From the sequence record PV660458: a stretch of 42,378 nucleotides of DNA; one strand, written 5' to 3'. Made by a program: the position numbers and the translations under genes. Of this stretch, positions 33,441 through 42,378 are shown one piece after another (the first letter of the stretch is position 1; each line of letters opens with the position of its first letter). Below the pieces are notes generated by a model. The model was not told the origin of the DNA, did not search any database, and worked only from the letters and a program-made list of their open reading frames with translations. This stretch comes from Escherichia phage LF82-23.

Positions 33441-34181
33441 ATGGGTTGGGCAGCTTTTGCTAAAGCTGGTGCCGACGCTACGAACTCCTTCATCACCACC
33501 TACGCTCAAGGACGAGCGGAACGTGCGCAGATGAAGGCTGTGCAGGCAGAGAACGAACGCCTGAACAAGCAGACGTGGCAGGCAATGGGCCAGCGCATCA
33601 ACACCGTGAATCTCCAGCGTGGCCTGCTCCGGCAGCAGACTGGCACCGACCTATACAACATCAACAAGGAAGCTAACCGGGCATCCGGCGCGAGCATTAA
33701 CAATGCCGCCGCTGCCGGGATTGAAGGTGCCTCTGTGGACGAGGCGGTCACGGATATCAGCCGTCAGAATCAGGAAAGCCAAGCGCAGACCCGGTTCAAC
33801 GAGCAGATTCAGGAGATGAACCTCGACACCAGCATCAACGATATCATCGACACCGCAGTCGCAGCTCAGCGTTATTCGCAGAAGCCAGCGAGCAACAGCA
33901 TGATTGTGGGCCGCGCCATTGGCGTATCCGCTATGCAGTTTGCTTCAAGCCTCGCGCAGACCAGCTTCGACTACATGCCGACCGAAGGTGCGAAAGGTAC
34001 TGGCACGCAGAGTGGCAGTGCAGGCGCTACAGCGTCAACGTTCAGTAATCTCGGCTCAACTACAGCGAGTTATGGAACAACTAACTGGATGCAAAAGGCT
34101 GGGGAATTTAACCCGGTTCCGGCGCAATATGATTCAAATCGTTACATGGGCTACGGCTCAGGTTCAATCTTTGGGGGCTAA
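33441..34181 (+). CDS. internal virion protein A (gp14-like)
   Basis: Position and size; GGAG 8 nt upstream of ATG 33441; ORF-track start 33396 rejected. Confidence 0.55.
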   Translation: MGWAAFAKAGADATNSFITTYAQGRAERAQMKAVQAENERLNKQTWQAMGQRINTVNLQRGLLRQQTGTDLYNINKEANRASGASINNAAAAGIEGASVDEAVTDISRQNQESQAQTRFNEQIQEMNLDTSINDIIDTAVAAQRYSQKPASNSMIVGRAIGVSAMQFASSLAQTSFDYMPTEGAKGTGTQSGSAGATASTFSNLGSTTASYGTTNWMQKAGEFNPVPAQYDSNRYMGYGSGSIFGG

Positions 34182-34183
34182 TC

Positions 34184-36880
34184 ATGGCTACTATGCGTGA
34201 CCAGCGTGGCGCTAACCTTAATGCTGCGCAGCAGGGATTACCAAATGTGCAGCAGGCGCAGACTCCGTTTAGTCTCGCAGGCCGCGATACTCGCATCGAC
34301 ACGTTTCCTACCGAGTCCATTCAGCGCGTACTGAACATGGCCAGCGCACTTGCTGGCCGTGTCACTGAGCGTGCGAACGAGGAAGAATACCTCAAGGGTG
34401 CCAATGCCGCCGCGAGCGGTAAGGCTGTTGAGGATTTGGATTCGAACTGGCTGACTGCCCAGTTCCAGAAGGCTGGTTACAACGACCAGTACAAGCGTAT
34501 GCAGATGGCGAACGTCGCCTCTGAAATCTCGGCTAACATGCCGCAGTACGCGAAAATGAGTCCTGACGAGTTCTTGAAGGTGGTGGACGAGAAGACCACT
34601 GGCCTGTTCGAGAACACTGATGGTATGACGCTGAACGGTCGTAAGTCTCTGCTGGAGAACCAGCTCACGTTCAGCAACACCCTTATCCGTACGCAGGCTG
34701 CCCAGCATGGTAAGTATCTGGTTGAGCAGCGTGCAGCTATGTACAATGCGCAGGGTAACACTCTTGTTACTCTGGCGGCTCAGGCCAAGGCGACTGGTGA
34801 CGGCGGCGCGTACGCTAACGCTACGGCTGCGACCATGGCGTGGGCCAAGTCCATTCTGGCAGACGATAAGCTGCCGCTGGAAACTCGACGGACTCAGGTA
34901 ACGTCCATGATGGGGCTGATGCTCCAGCAGGATTTGCGTACCCCTGTCGAGACTGCTGTTAACTCCGGGCTGTTCAACGAGCTGCCTGCCGAGGACTTGG
35001 CCAAGCTGCAAGGTCAGATTCGTGAATCCAAATCTCGTACCGAGGTTCAGGACAACATGGGTCTGCTGGCGCAGAAGGGTCAGCTCGATGCGCGTCAGGC
35101 AGTGTTCGGTGACGTTACGCCGGAGCAGTACACGCAGACGCTCCAGCAGATGGTGGACAACAAGCTGATTAGTGCTGGTGGTTTCAGCTCTGCTATCGAG
35201 TCCTTCTACAAGGATTATGCGAAGCAGGCCAAGGCCAGCCAGCTCGGTCAGGCGTACGCTACCGGGAACCAGACGTACATGCTCCAGCAGGGTGCGAGTG
35301 AACAGGATGGTGCTGACGCATTCATCAAGGCTCGCATGAAGCAGCCGGGCGCGACGGCAAGCTCCGTGGCATTCGACCTGCTGCAAGTTGGCGCACAGAC
35401 TGGCTTCCCTTCTGCGTATAAGTCTGCTGCCAAACTGATTGAACCATCCCTGTCGAACTTCGGCACCGTGGATGAAATGAACCCTGATGCAGCCGCTACC
35501 GTGACCGGGCTGATTGACCGCGTGGCCGTGGCCGAGAATCAGGGTGATAAGACCGCGTGGACTAAACTCCTGTCCGGTCTGTCCGAGGAAAACCAAGAGA
35601 AGATGGTGTACATGCGCGAGCAGATTAAGGCCGGGCGCACCATCGACCAAGCTGGTCAGGGTTACATCAAGCAGCAGCAGGACTACGCTGGCTTAACCCC
35701 GGCACAGAAATCTCAAATCCTCACGCAGCGTCAATCTGACGTTAACACTGTGGTGAACTCCCTTGAGGCTCAGGGCTTCTTTTCTCGCACTTGGCAGGGG
35801 CTGGCTGGTCTGTTCTCAGACACTCAGCAGAACCTGTTCCAAGCTCGCGTCGCATCTGGTGACATTACTGCCGCGCAGGAAATGTCGGAGGTGTCTGCCG
35901 CGTACCGCGAGGAACTGCAAGCTGTCGTCCTCAAGAACCCGAACGTGACCAAAGATGGTATGGAAGCCCTCGCATCTGCGAAGCTGGCTAACCGTGTCCT
36001 CCGCGTCGGGGAAACCACATTCAGTCCCGGCTCTGTGCTTATCGCACCGAGAGGCCAAACTGTTCAGTCTATGCTCGGCTTGCCTGCTGACGTAGCCCCC
36101 GACCGTATCGGTCGCGCTATCGCCGCACTTGACCAGACCAAGGCACCAGAAGGCTTCGAGTCGTCCTACTCGTTTATGCCAGATGGCTCTCTGAACGTTC
36201 AGTTCTTCAACAAGCAAGGTGACGTTTCCCCGAACTCGGTACGCATTCTGCCGCAGGTCGTGCAGGAACGCATCCGTGAAGACGACCGTGCAGCGGCCAC
36301 TGCCAATAACGAAGTCTATGGCGACGGGAAACTCTTTGTTGATAAGTCCAGTAACATCGGGATTCGCGTGAATGGCGTGAATACTGCTGGGGTAGACGAG
36401 CAGCGTATGCTTGTTGCCCGTGGCAAACTGATTGACTTCGAAGGTATCCGCAATACCACTTACCGCGACAGCACTGGTGTGCAGACGAACGGTATTGGTA
36501 TTTCTGACCGCAGCCCGTACTTCTCGGAAGGTCAGGCATCCGGTATGAAAGGCGGTACTGAATGGTCTCCGCGAACTATCCATGATACGTTCGTGCAGCA
36601 CACCAACATGGTGGCCCGGCAGATGCCCGGCACTGCTGCTGCACTGGGGTGGAGTCGTGACAACGATGCCCAGTTCCAGTTCATGATGCAGATGGGTTAT
36701 CAGGCAGGTTCAAGCTGGTATCGCACCGATGGCGCGTACAGCAAGCTGGCTGATGCAATCCGTGTTGGCGACCAAGAGAAAGCTGTTCAGGCTCTGGCTG
36801 CGACTCCGGCTTACAAGCTGTCGCAGGACGAGCGTAAGCAGTATTACGTCCAAACTCTACTCGCAGGTATGCAGGAATGA
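34184..36880 (+). CDS. internal virion protein B (gp15-like)
   Basis: 898-aa ORF at the gp15 position. Confidence 0.6.
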   Translation: MATMRDQRGANLNAAQQGLPNVQQAQTPFSLAGRDTRIDTFPTESIQRVLNMASALAGRVTERANEEEYLKGANAAASGKAVEDLDSNWLTAQFQKAGYNDQYKRMQMANVASEISANMPQYAKMSPDEFLKVVDEKTTGLFENTDGMTLNGRKSLLENQLTFSNTLIRTQAAQHGKYLVEQRAAMYNAQGNTLVTLAAQAKATGDGGAYANATAATMAWAKSILADDKLPLETRRTQVTSMMGLMLQQDLRTPVETAVNSGLFNELPAEDLAKLQGQIRESKSRTEVQDNMGLLAQKGQLDARQAVFGDVTPEQYTQTLQQMVDNKLISAGGFSSAIESFYKDYAKQAKASQLGQAYATGNQTYMLQQGASEQDGADAFIKARMKQPGATASSVAFDLLQVGAQTGFPSAYKSAAKLIEPSLSNFGTVDEMNPDAAATVTGLIDRVAVAENQGDKTAWTKLLSGLSEENQEKMVYMREQIKAGRTIDQAGQGYIKQQQDYAGLTPAQKSQILTQRQSDVNTVVNSLEAQGFFSRTWQGLAGLFSDTQQNLFQARVASGDITAAQEMSEVSAAYREELQAVVLKNPNVTKDGMEALASAKLANRVLRVGETTFSPGSVLIAPRGQTVQSMLGLPADVAPDRIGRAIAALDQTKAPEGFESSYSFMPDGSLNVQFFNKQGDVSPNSVRILPQVVQERIREDDRAAATANNEVYGDGKLFVDKSSNIGIRVNGVNTAGVDEQRMLVARGKLIDFEGIRNTTYRDSTGVQTNGIGISDRSPYFSEGQASGMKGGTEWSPRTIHDTFVQHTNMVARQMPGTAAALGWSRDNDAQFQFMMQMGYQAGSSWYRTDGAYSKLADAIRVGDQEKAVQALAATPAYKLSQDERKQYYVQTLLAGMQE

Positions 36881-39800
36881 TTATCACACAAGAATCGCTC
36901 GACAAGTTCATGGCTCCCAAGCAGGGGGCCAATGCCCCTACGCTGGTGATTCCAGCTCCCGTAAAGACTGCTGACCTCAGCACTCCGCTGCAAGATGCCA
37001 CTCGTCAGGGTGCCGTCGAGCAGTTCGACAAGATGCAGGAACTGGAAGCGACTCCGATGGCCACGGCGTTGAGCGCTTCTGTGAAGAACTGGGATACCAC
37101 CCAGCTCTTTGATGCGGCAATCAACAAGCCTGTGTTTCAGGCTGACCCAAACTTCCACCCTAACGAGGCGTTGCAGAACGTCCAGTTCCCGGTGGGGGAG
37201 GATGACCGTAAGTTCCTGTTCAAATCCAAATCCATGGACGAGTTCAACTGGCGCACCCAGCAGCTCCAAGAGATGCGCGAGCGTACCCAGTTGGCTCACA
37301 CTGCCCCGGTGATGAACGCGGTTCTGCAATTTGCTGACCCGCTGTACCTCGCCACTGACCTGCTCTCGATGGGAGCAGGCACTGCCCTGAAATTAGGTCG
37401 CCTCGGAACCGCCGCTGTCGGTGCAGCTTCAACTGCTGCCACTATGACAGCGGTGGGTAATGAAGCACGCCCAGTGTCTCAGAACGAAATCATCTTCGCG
37501 GCTGCCCTGCACGGGGCGGCCACCACTGCATTCTATCGCCCGGCCCCGGTACAGCGCTCGCTGGCCGACCTGTCGCCGGAGGAATTTGCAGCGGAGATGC
37601 AGCGTCGTAATGGCATCGACCCGAACAACCCGCCGCAGTTCGACCCGAACAACGCCATGTCACCTATGGCAATGTCCTTGGGCTTCGGCGGTCGTGGTGC
37701 AACCGTGGTTGATGAAGTGCCTGAGTCCATCCGTGCCGCCGCACAACGTGGCCTCGACCTTGCTCGCCGTGGTGAGCAGACCAACCCTAAGCGTCCGTTC
37801 CTTGAATGGTCTCTGTTCAAGTCATTCAGCCAGCATTCCGACGAAGCCAGTGCTCTGGCCGGGCGACTGCTGGATGACCCGCTGAACCCGAACATGACCT
37901 CTGCTGCCGCAATCCAGCGCGAGACTCAGGCTCGCTTCGGCGTGCTGCTGAACCAGTACGAGGACACCCTGCGTAATGCGCTGAGCACTGATGGCTGGAC
38001 TAACATCCGGCGCTTCCGTGACCCGGTTGGTTATCGCCGGGCGCAGCAGGAGTTCGAAGCTGCTGTCCGTCTCGAACTGGACAAGCGCATGATTGACAAA
38101 GAGTTCAGAGGTGCCAACGAGAAGGTGGCCGCCGCCGCTGACCGACTGGGGGAATACTCCCGCGCCGTTGGCCGCGAGCTGGAAACGAAGGGCATGGTTG
38201 AGCCGGGCTTCGTAGACAAGAACCCGTACTACTACCCGCGCCGGATGAACGTGACCAAGATTGAGCAGGCTGAGCAGTTGCTCGGTAAGAAGCCATTCAT
38301 GAAGCAGATGACGACTGCGGTGCAGCGCGGTATCGGTACTGACCGTCCGACTGCCAACGTCATCGCCCATGCCATGGTTGAGCGTGCTCGCCGCAAGGGT
38401 TATGGTGTTGACAACTCCGGTATGATTATCAACAAGGAGGGCCGCGATGAACTGCTCGAAATCATTGAGAACTCGAAAGGTCTCGACGAGGCTGCCAAGG
38501 CCCGTGCTTCCGCACTCCTTCGTGAGTCTGGCTCGGACGCTGGCCGACCGTCGATGCTCAAGAGCCGTATCAACATCGACATGATGCACACGCTTGGCCC
38601 GAACTTGCAGGTGCGTGACCTGTTCGACGACAGCATCACCAGCATGATGGACAGCTACAACCGCCGCATTACTGGGCGACTGGCTCTGCATGAGGCTGGA
38701 CTGGGTACTGACGCTGAACGTGTCGCCGCTCGCGAGGCTCTGGCCAAATCCATCAAGGATGGTACGGCTCGTCGCCAAGCGCTGGCGCAGTACGATAACA
38801 TCATGGCCTACTATCAGGGTGCCCCGGTCGGTGAGGAAATGCCGCAGTTCATGCGCCAGCTCTCTGCGCTGACTCAGGCTACTGGTCTGGCTGCATCTGG
38901 CCTGTGGCAGTTGGTGGAATACGGCACGATGATGCAACGTTTCGGGGCAGTCAATACGTTTCGCGCCATGATGCGTACAATTCCCGAAGCACGCGCACTA
39001 TTTAAGCAAATGAGGGTGTCTACTAAGGAAGGTCGTCAATTGGCTCTGGATGCCGAGGAAGCGCTGACTGCGGCTGTGGCGAGTGATATTCGTATGCGCC
39101 CAATCATGCAGCACTACGACGACATGTTCTCTGCCGACAAGTCTCCGTGGGTTATGCGTCTTGAACACGCCCGTGATGCCACGATGTTCATCAACATGCA
39201 GAAATACATTCACTTCCACCAGACTCGAACCAACGCTGCTCTCGTGATGCAGACGCTGCGTAAGGCAGCCGAAGGTGATGCCAAGGCTATTGCAGCCATG
39301 AAAACCTACGGTGCCAATGACGCGCTGCTGTCTGATATTCGCAAGCAGGTTGGTACTCATGGCACCAAGCCAGATGCTTGGGATGAAGGGGTATTCAATC
39401 GCTCTCGCATTGTCATGATGAATGCCATGGATGACGCTATTGTTCGCGCTCGCGTAGGTGAGCTGCCTGCATTTGCTGAGTTCAGTACGCTGGGTAAGTT
39501 CCTGTTTACGTTCCGTCGATTCGTCGCGGCGACGCACAACAAGACTCTGGTTGGTACGTGGAACCGTGAGGGTGCCCGTGGCATGGCTACGCTCATGGCG
39601 TACCAGTACCCGCTGGCAATGATGGCCACTGCTGCTAACAACGTGATTTCCGGTAAGGCATTCTCCGACCCGGACACTATGGCTCCGAACAAACTGGCTG
39701 GTCAGGCACTGAACTACCTTGGTGCTATTGGCTTTGCCTCTGAGTTCACTGGAGTTCTGACCGGGCAGCAGCGCAGCTTCGGTGCGCCGGGCCTGCTGTT

Positions 39801-39984
39801 CCTTGACCGCGCTTACGGTGTGGCGGGTGCAGCTACCAGTGCTGCTGGTGGCGTGCTGACTGGCGATACTGAGCAGGCAGTGTCTGGCGCTCGCAAAGCG
39901 GCAGGCAACATCATCCAAGCTATCCCACTCATTTCAATCGTGCCGGGAGTCCGAGCACTCAACGAAGCAGTTAAGGGTGAATAA
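36877..39984 (+). CDS. internal virion protein C (gp16-like)
   Basis: 1035-aa ORF at the gp16 position; ATGA overlap with the preceding gene. Confidence 0.6.
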   Translation: MIITQESLDKFMAPKQGANAPTLVIPAPVKTADLSTPLQDATRQGAVEQFDKMQELEATPMATALSASVKNWDTTQLFDAAINKPVFQADPNFHPNEALQNVQFPVGEDDRKFLFKSKSMDEFNWRTQQLQEMRERTQLAHTAPVMNAVLQFADPLYLATDLLSMGAGTALKLGRLGTAAVGAASTAATMTAVGNEARPVSQNEIIFAAALHGAATTAFYRPAPVQRSLADLSPEEFAAEMQRRNGIDPNNPPQFDPNNAMSPMAMSLGFGGRGATVVDEVPESIRAAAQRGLDLARRGEQTNPKRPFLEWSLFKSFSQHSDEASALAGRLLDDPLNPNMTSAAAIQRETQARFGVLLNQYEDTLRNALSTDGWTNIRRFRDPVGYRRAQQEFEAAVRLELDKRMIDKEFRGANEKVAAAADRLGEYSRAVGRELETKGMVEPGFVDKNPYYYPRRMNVTKIEQAEQLLGKKPFMKQMTTAVQRGIGTDRPTANVIAHAMVERARRKGYGVDNSGMIINKEGRDELLEIIENSKGLDEAAKARASALLRESGSDAGRPSMLKSRINIDMMHTLGPNLQVRDLFDDSITSMMDSYNRRITGRLALHEAGLGTDAERVAAREALAKSIKDGTARRQALAQYDNIMAYYQGAPVGEEMPQFMRQLSALTQATGLAASGLWQLVEYGTMMQRFGAVNTFRAMMRTIPEARALFKQMRVSTKEGRQLALDAEEALTAAVASDIRMRPIMQHYDDMFSADKSPWVMRLEHARDATMFINMQKYIHFHQTRTNAALVMQTLRKAAEGDAKAIAAMKTYGANDALLSDIRKQVGTHGTKPDAWDEGVFNRSRIVMMNAMDDAIVRARVGELPAFAEFSTLGKFLFTFRRFVAATHNKTLVGTWNREGARGMATLMAYQYPLAMMATAANNVISGKAFSDPDTMAPNKLAGQALNYLGAIGFASEFTGVLTGQQRSFGAPGLLFLDRAYGVAGAATSAAGGVLTGDTEQAVSGARKAAGNIIQAIPLISIVPGVRALNEAVKGE

Positions 39985-42368
39985 TGGCGAACAGCTATAA
40001 CGCTTACGTGGCAAACGGAACGCAGACCGCGTTCCTTGTCACCTTTGAGCAACGCGTGTTCACTGAGATTCAGGTGTACCTCAACTCCGAACTCCAGACG
40101 AGCGGGTACACCTACAACTCTGTGACCAAACAGATTATCTTCGACACCGCCCCGCTCGCCGGGGTGATTGTCCGACTCCAACGTTACACCTCTGAGGTTC
40201 TACTGAACAAGTTCGGCCAAGACGCTGCCTTCACTGGGCAGAACCTTGACGAGAACTTCGAGCAGATTCTGTTCAAGGCCGAGGAAACTCAGGAAGCATG
40301 GCTCGCGCCGCTTGACCGCGCCGTCCGTGTTCCAAACTCTGAGGTCTCTATCAACGCATTACCGAACGTCGCTGGCCGCCGCAACAAGGCATTGGGCTTT
40401 GACAGCAATGGCCAGCCGTTCATGATTCCTCTGGTCGATATCCCGGACTCCGCTCTGGCGATTGCTCTGGCAATGGCTGACGGCGGTAAGTGGATTGGTA
40501 CTCTTGGTGGTGGCACGTTCCTCGACCGTCAGGATACCGTATGCCTGTCCGAGTTCACCAACAATACCGGGTACGCTTCTACCGCCGCTGCGGTGCAGGC
40601 TTGCTTCGATTATGCCAAGGCCAACAACAAAGTTGTTGATGCCCGTGGCTGGGAAGGTACTGTCAGCTCCACTGTCCTGATGGACGGTATTGAGGTTGTC
40701 GGTGGTACGTGGAATGGTACAGCAGACATTCGACTGCTGAACGCCACGTTCCGCAACTTCTCTGCGTCAAAGGTTCGTGTCTGCTACTGGGGCGGCAATG
40801 TACGCATTGCTGACTACGAGTTCACCGACCACCCATCGGCATCGAAAGTTGCCAGTATTCTGTTCCAAGGCAACATCGCCGGGGGCAGCTACGTCATTGA
40901 GAACGGCGTACACCGCAATGGCTACTTCGGTATTCTCCAGCAAGGTACTGGCGAAACCATTGACAACGGTGTGATTCGCAACATCGCGCTCATGGATATG
41001 GCTGGTGACGGTATTGAGATGAACGTAATCAACAAGCACTATGATGGTGGCCTGTCGATTGAGAACATCTACCTCGAAAATATCAACGGTATCAACCCAA
41101 CCTCCAACCCATCCTTCGTATCCAACTGGGGTATCGGGATTGGTCTGGCTGGTCAAGGGCCGTTTGGCTGGGATGCTGCTGAAACCCAATACGCGAAGAA
41201 CATCACAGTCCGTGGTGTTCATGCTCCGCGCGGCGTGCGACAAGTCATCCACTTCGAGGTGGCCAAGAACTGTTCAGTGTATGACGTACACGCCAACCCT
41301 GACCTGACTGTTTCCAACGGTACGGGCCTGACCGCCGCTGGTGTTATCACCTACGGCTGCAAGGACATGGTTATTGACGGGGTGTACGGTGAGCCTATCG
41401 TCGGCACCACAGGCACTGACCCGGCTGCTGTTCGTCTGGTGATGTGTGAGTGGGGTGCTAACCAAGCGGGTGCAGGTGGTGTGCCGGGTGCATCTAACCC
41501 GTCATTCAACATGACGCTGCGCAACATCTACACCAAGACCGGGCGTGTCTACGCTGGTGTTGGCTCCGATGATGTGAACACCAACGTATACCACCTTGAG
41601 AACATCCACTGCTACCGTCTGAGCCTCTTTGGTGTGGCAACCCTCCTGAACATGACCAACGTGACGGGTGTTGACTTCGACTGCGTAGGCGATGACTCCA
41701 GCGGCGGTACGTCCTCTAATGGTGTGTACCCGCGACGCAAGACCTGCCTGAACATGGTGAACGTGAACTTCTATGGGCCGGGCATGACAGAGGGTGCGCT
41801 GTACAGTAAGGCTCGCTACACGGATATCAGTACTCTGAACTCCAACGTGCGTGCTATTCCGTACTCCAACATCCAAGGTAACGTTGGCGTTATCCTGTCT
41901 CCGGTCAACCGTATGTACACGCTACCAAACGACCTTGCGACACTGACTGGCGGGGAGTTCCCAACTGGTAGGGAGTTCTGCGAGGGTACGGTACTGTTCA
42001 AGACCGATGGCTCCGGTGGCAACTTCATAGTTACCAAGTTCGGTGCCTACATTCCCAATGACGGCAACAACTTCAAGGTGCGTGCTGCTGCCGCTGGCCA
42101 GACTTATCTGGAGCAGAACCTGACTCCGGCTGGTACTCAGGCTTCTACCTCGTGGCTGTACCATAAGCCAATCTCTGCTGGTACTCGACTGAACATTCCG
42201 GGTGCCGGGCCGGGCGGCGATACGCTCACTGTGACGGTGGTGCGTGCTCCGTATCAGGTGGACAACAACATCGGAAACCCGGTGCGCATCGACATTACCC
42301 CGGCCATTGTGACGGCAATCCCTGCGGGAACGCAGCTCGCCGCTACCTACCCGGTGGCCTACATCTAA
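39984..42368 (+). CDS. tail fibre/tailspike with T7 gp17-like N-terminal anchor and beta-helix (polysaccharide depolymerase-like) domain
   Basis: N-terminus AFLVTFEQRVFTEIQVYLN...FTGQNLDENFEQI follows the T7 gp17 adaptor pattern; central region shows periodic N/G/I/V-rich repeats typical of right-handed beta-helix (pectate-lyase-like) tailspikes. Confidence 0.7.
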   Translation: MANSYNAYVANGTQTAFLVTFEQRVFTEIQVYLNSELQTSGYTYNSVTKQIIFDTAPLAGVIVRLQRYTSEVLLNKFGQDAAFTGQNLDENFEQILFKAEETQEAWLAPLDRAVRVPNSEVSINALPNVAGRRNKALGFDSNGQPFMIPLVDIPDSALAIALAMADGGKWIGTLGGGTFLDRQDTVCLSEFTNNTGYASTAAAVQACFDYAKANNKVVDARGWEGTVSSTVLMDGIEVVGGTWNGTADIRLLNATFRNFSASKVRVCYWGGNVRIADYEFTDHPSASKVASILFQGNIAGGSYVIENGVHRNGYFGILQQGTGETIDNGVIRNIALMDMAGDGIEMNVINKHYDGGLSIENIYLENINGINPTSNPSFVSNWGIGIGLAGQGPFGWDAAETQYAKNITVRGVHAPRGVRQVIHFEVAKNCSVYDVHANPDLTVSNGTGLTAAGVITYGCKDMVIDGVYGEPIVGTTGTDPAAVRLVMCEWGANQAGAGGVPGASNPSFNMTLRNIYTKTGRVYAGVGSDDVNTNVYHLENIHCYRLSLFGVATLLNMTNVTGVDFDCVGDDSSGGTSSNGVYPRRKTCLNMVNVNFYGPGMTEGALYSKARYTDISTLNSNVRAIPYSNIQGNVGVILSPVNRMYTLPNDLATLTGGEFPTGREFCEGTVLFKTDGSGGNFIVTKFGAYIPNDGNNFKVRAAAAGQTYLEQNLTPAGTQASTSWLYHKPISAGTRLNIPGAGPGGDTLTVTVVRAPYQVDNNIGNPVRIDITPAIVTAIPAGTQLAATYPVAYI

Positions 42369-42378
42369 GGAGAAACCC

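Noticed and set aside
312-42164. Numerous long minus-strand ORFs in the track (e.g. 312-1232, 10465-11265, 31730-32506, 34238-35650, 37822-38937, 38998-39918).
   Set aside because: All lie antisense within densely packed, translationally coupled + strand genes with recognisable products; T7-group genomes are transcribed from one strand; no RBS or promoter context supports them.
1-42378. tRNA, rRNA, integrase or transposase genes and attachment sites.
   Set aside because: No cloverleaf-type conserved tRNA segments, no recombinase motifs and no flanking host sequence noticed by eye; the organisation is that of a strictly lytic T7-group phage. A tRNAscan run would confirm absence.

Overview
The window reads as one complete, circularly permuted genome (about 42.4 kb) of a T7-supergroup podophage with a phiKMV-like layout. 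Every convincing gene is on the + strand. The single-subunit RNA polymerase gene (23157-25589) sits at the end of the DNA-metabolism block, directly upstream of the structural module (portal, scaffold, capsid, tail tube A/B, three internal virion proteins, tailspike). Terminase small/large subunits follow and wrap from the window end onto bases 1-2066, then a lysis cassette (lipoprotein spanin candidate, holin candidate, GH108-type endolysin) and a roughly 1.5-kb non-coding terminus/early-control region (A-depleted GC/GT-rich block, AT-rich palindromes, four tandem sigma70-type promoters). The early region (5.8-11.1 kb) encodes about 17 small proteins of unknown function, including tandem cassettes of small acidic proteins each preceded by a conserved hairpin plus GGCA-N4-TGCC element. 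Beyond the canonical core, the replication block carries an HNH endonuclease, a minimal CCA-adding-type nucleotidyltransferase, an HTH-fused calcineurin-like metallophosphoesterase, a HAD-type phosphatase and an NTP-pyrophosphohydrolase-like protein. I flag this nucleotide/RNA-end processing set as the most interesting candidate for an undescribed anti-defence or RNA-repair function, but that is a hypothesis, not a demonstrated system. All calls come from motif recognition and synteny by eye; no database search or computation was run, and start codons were chosen by reading Shine-Dalgarno context.
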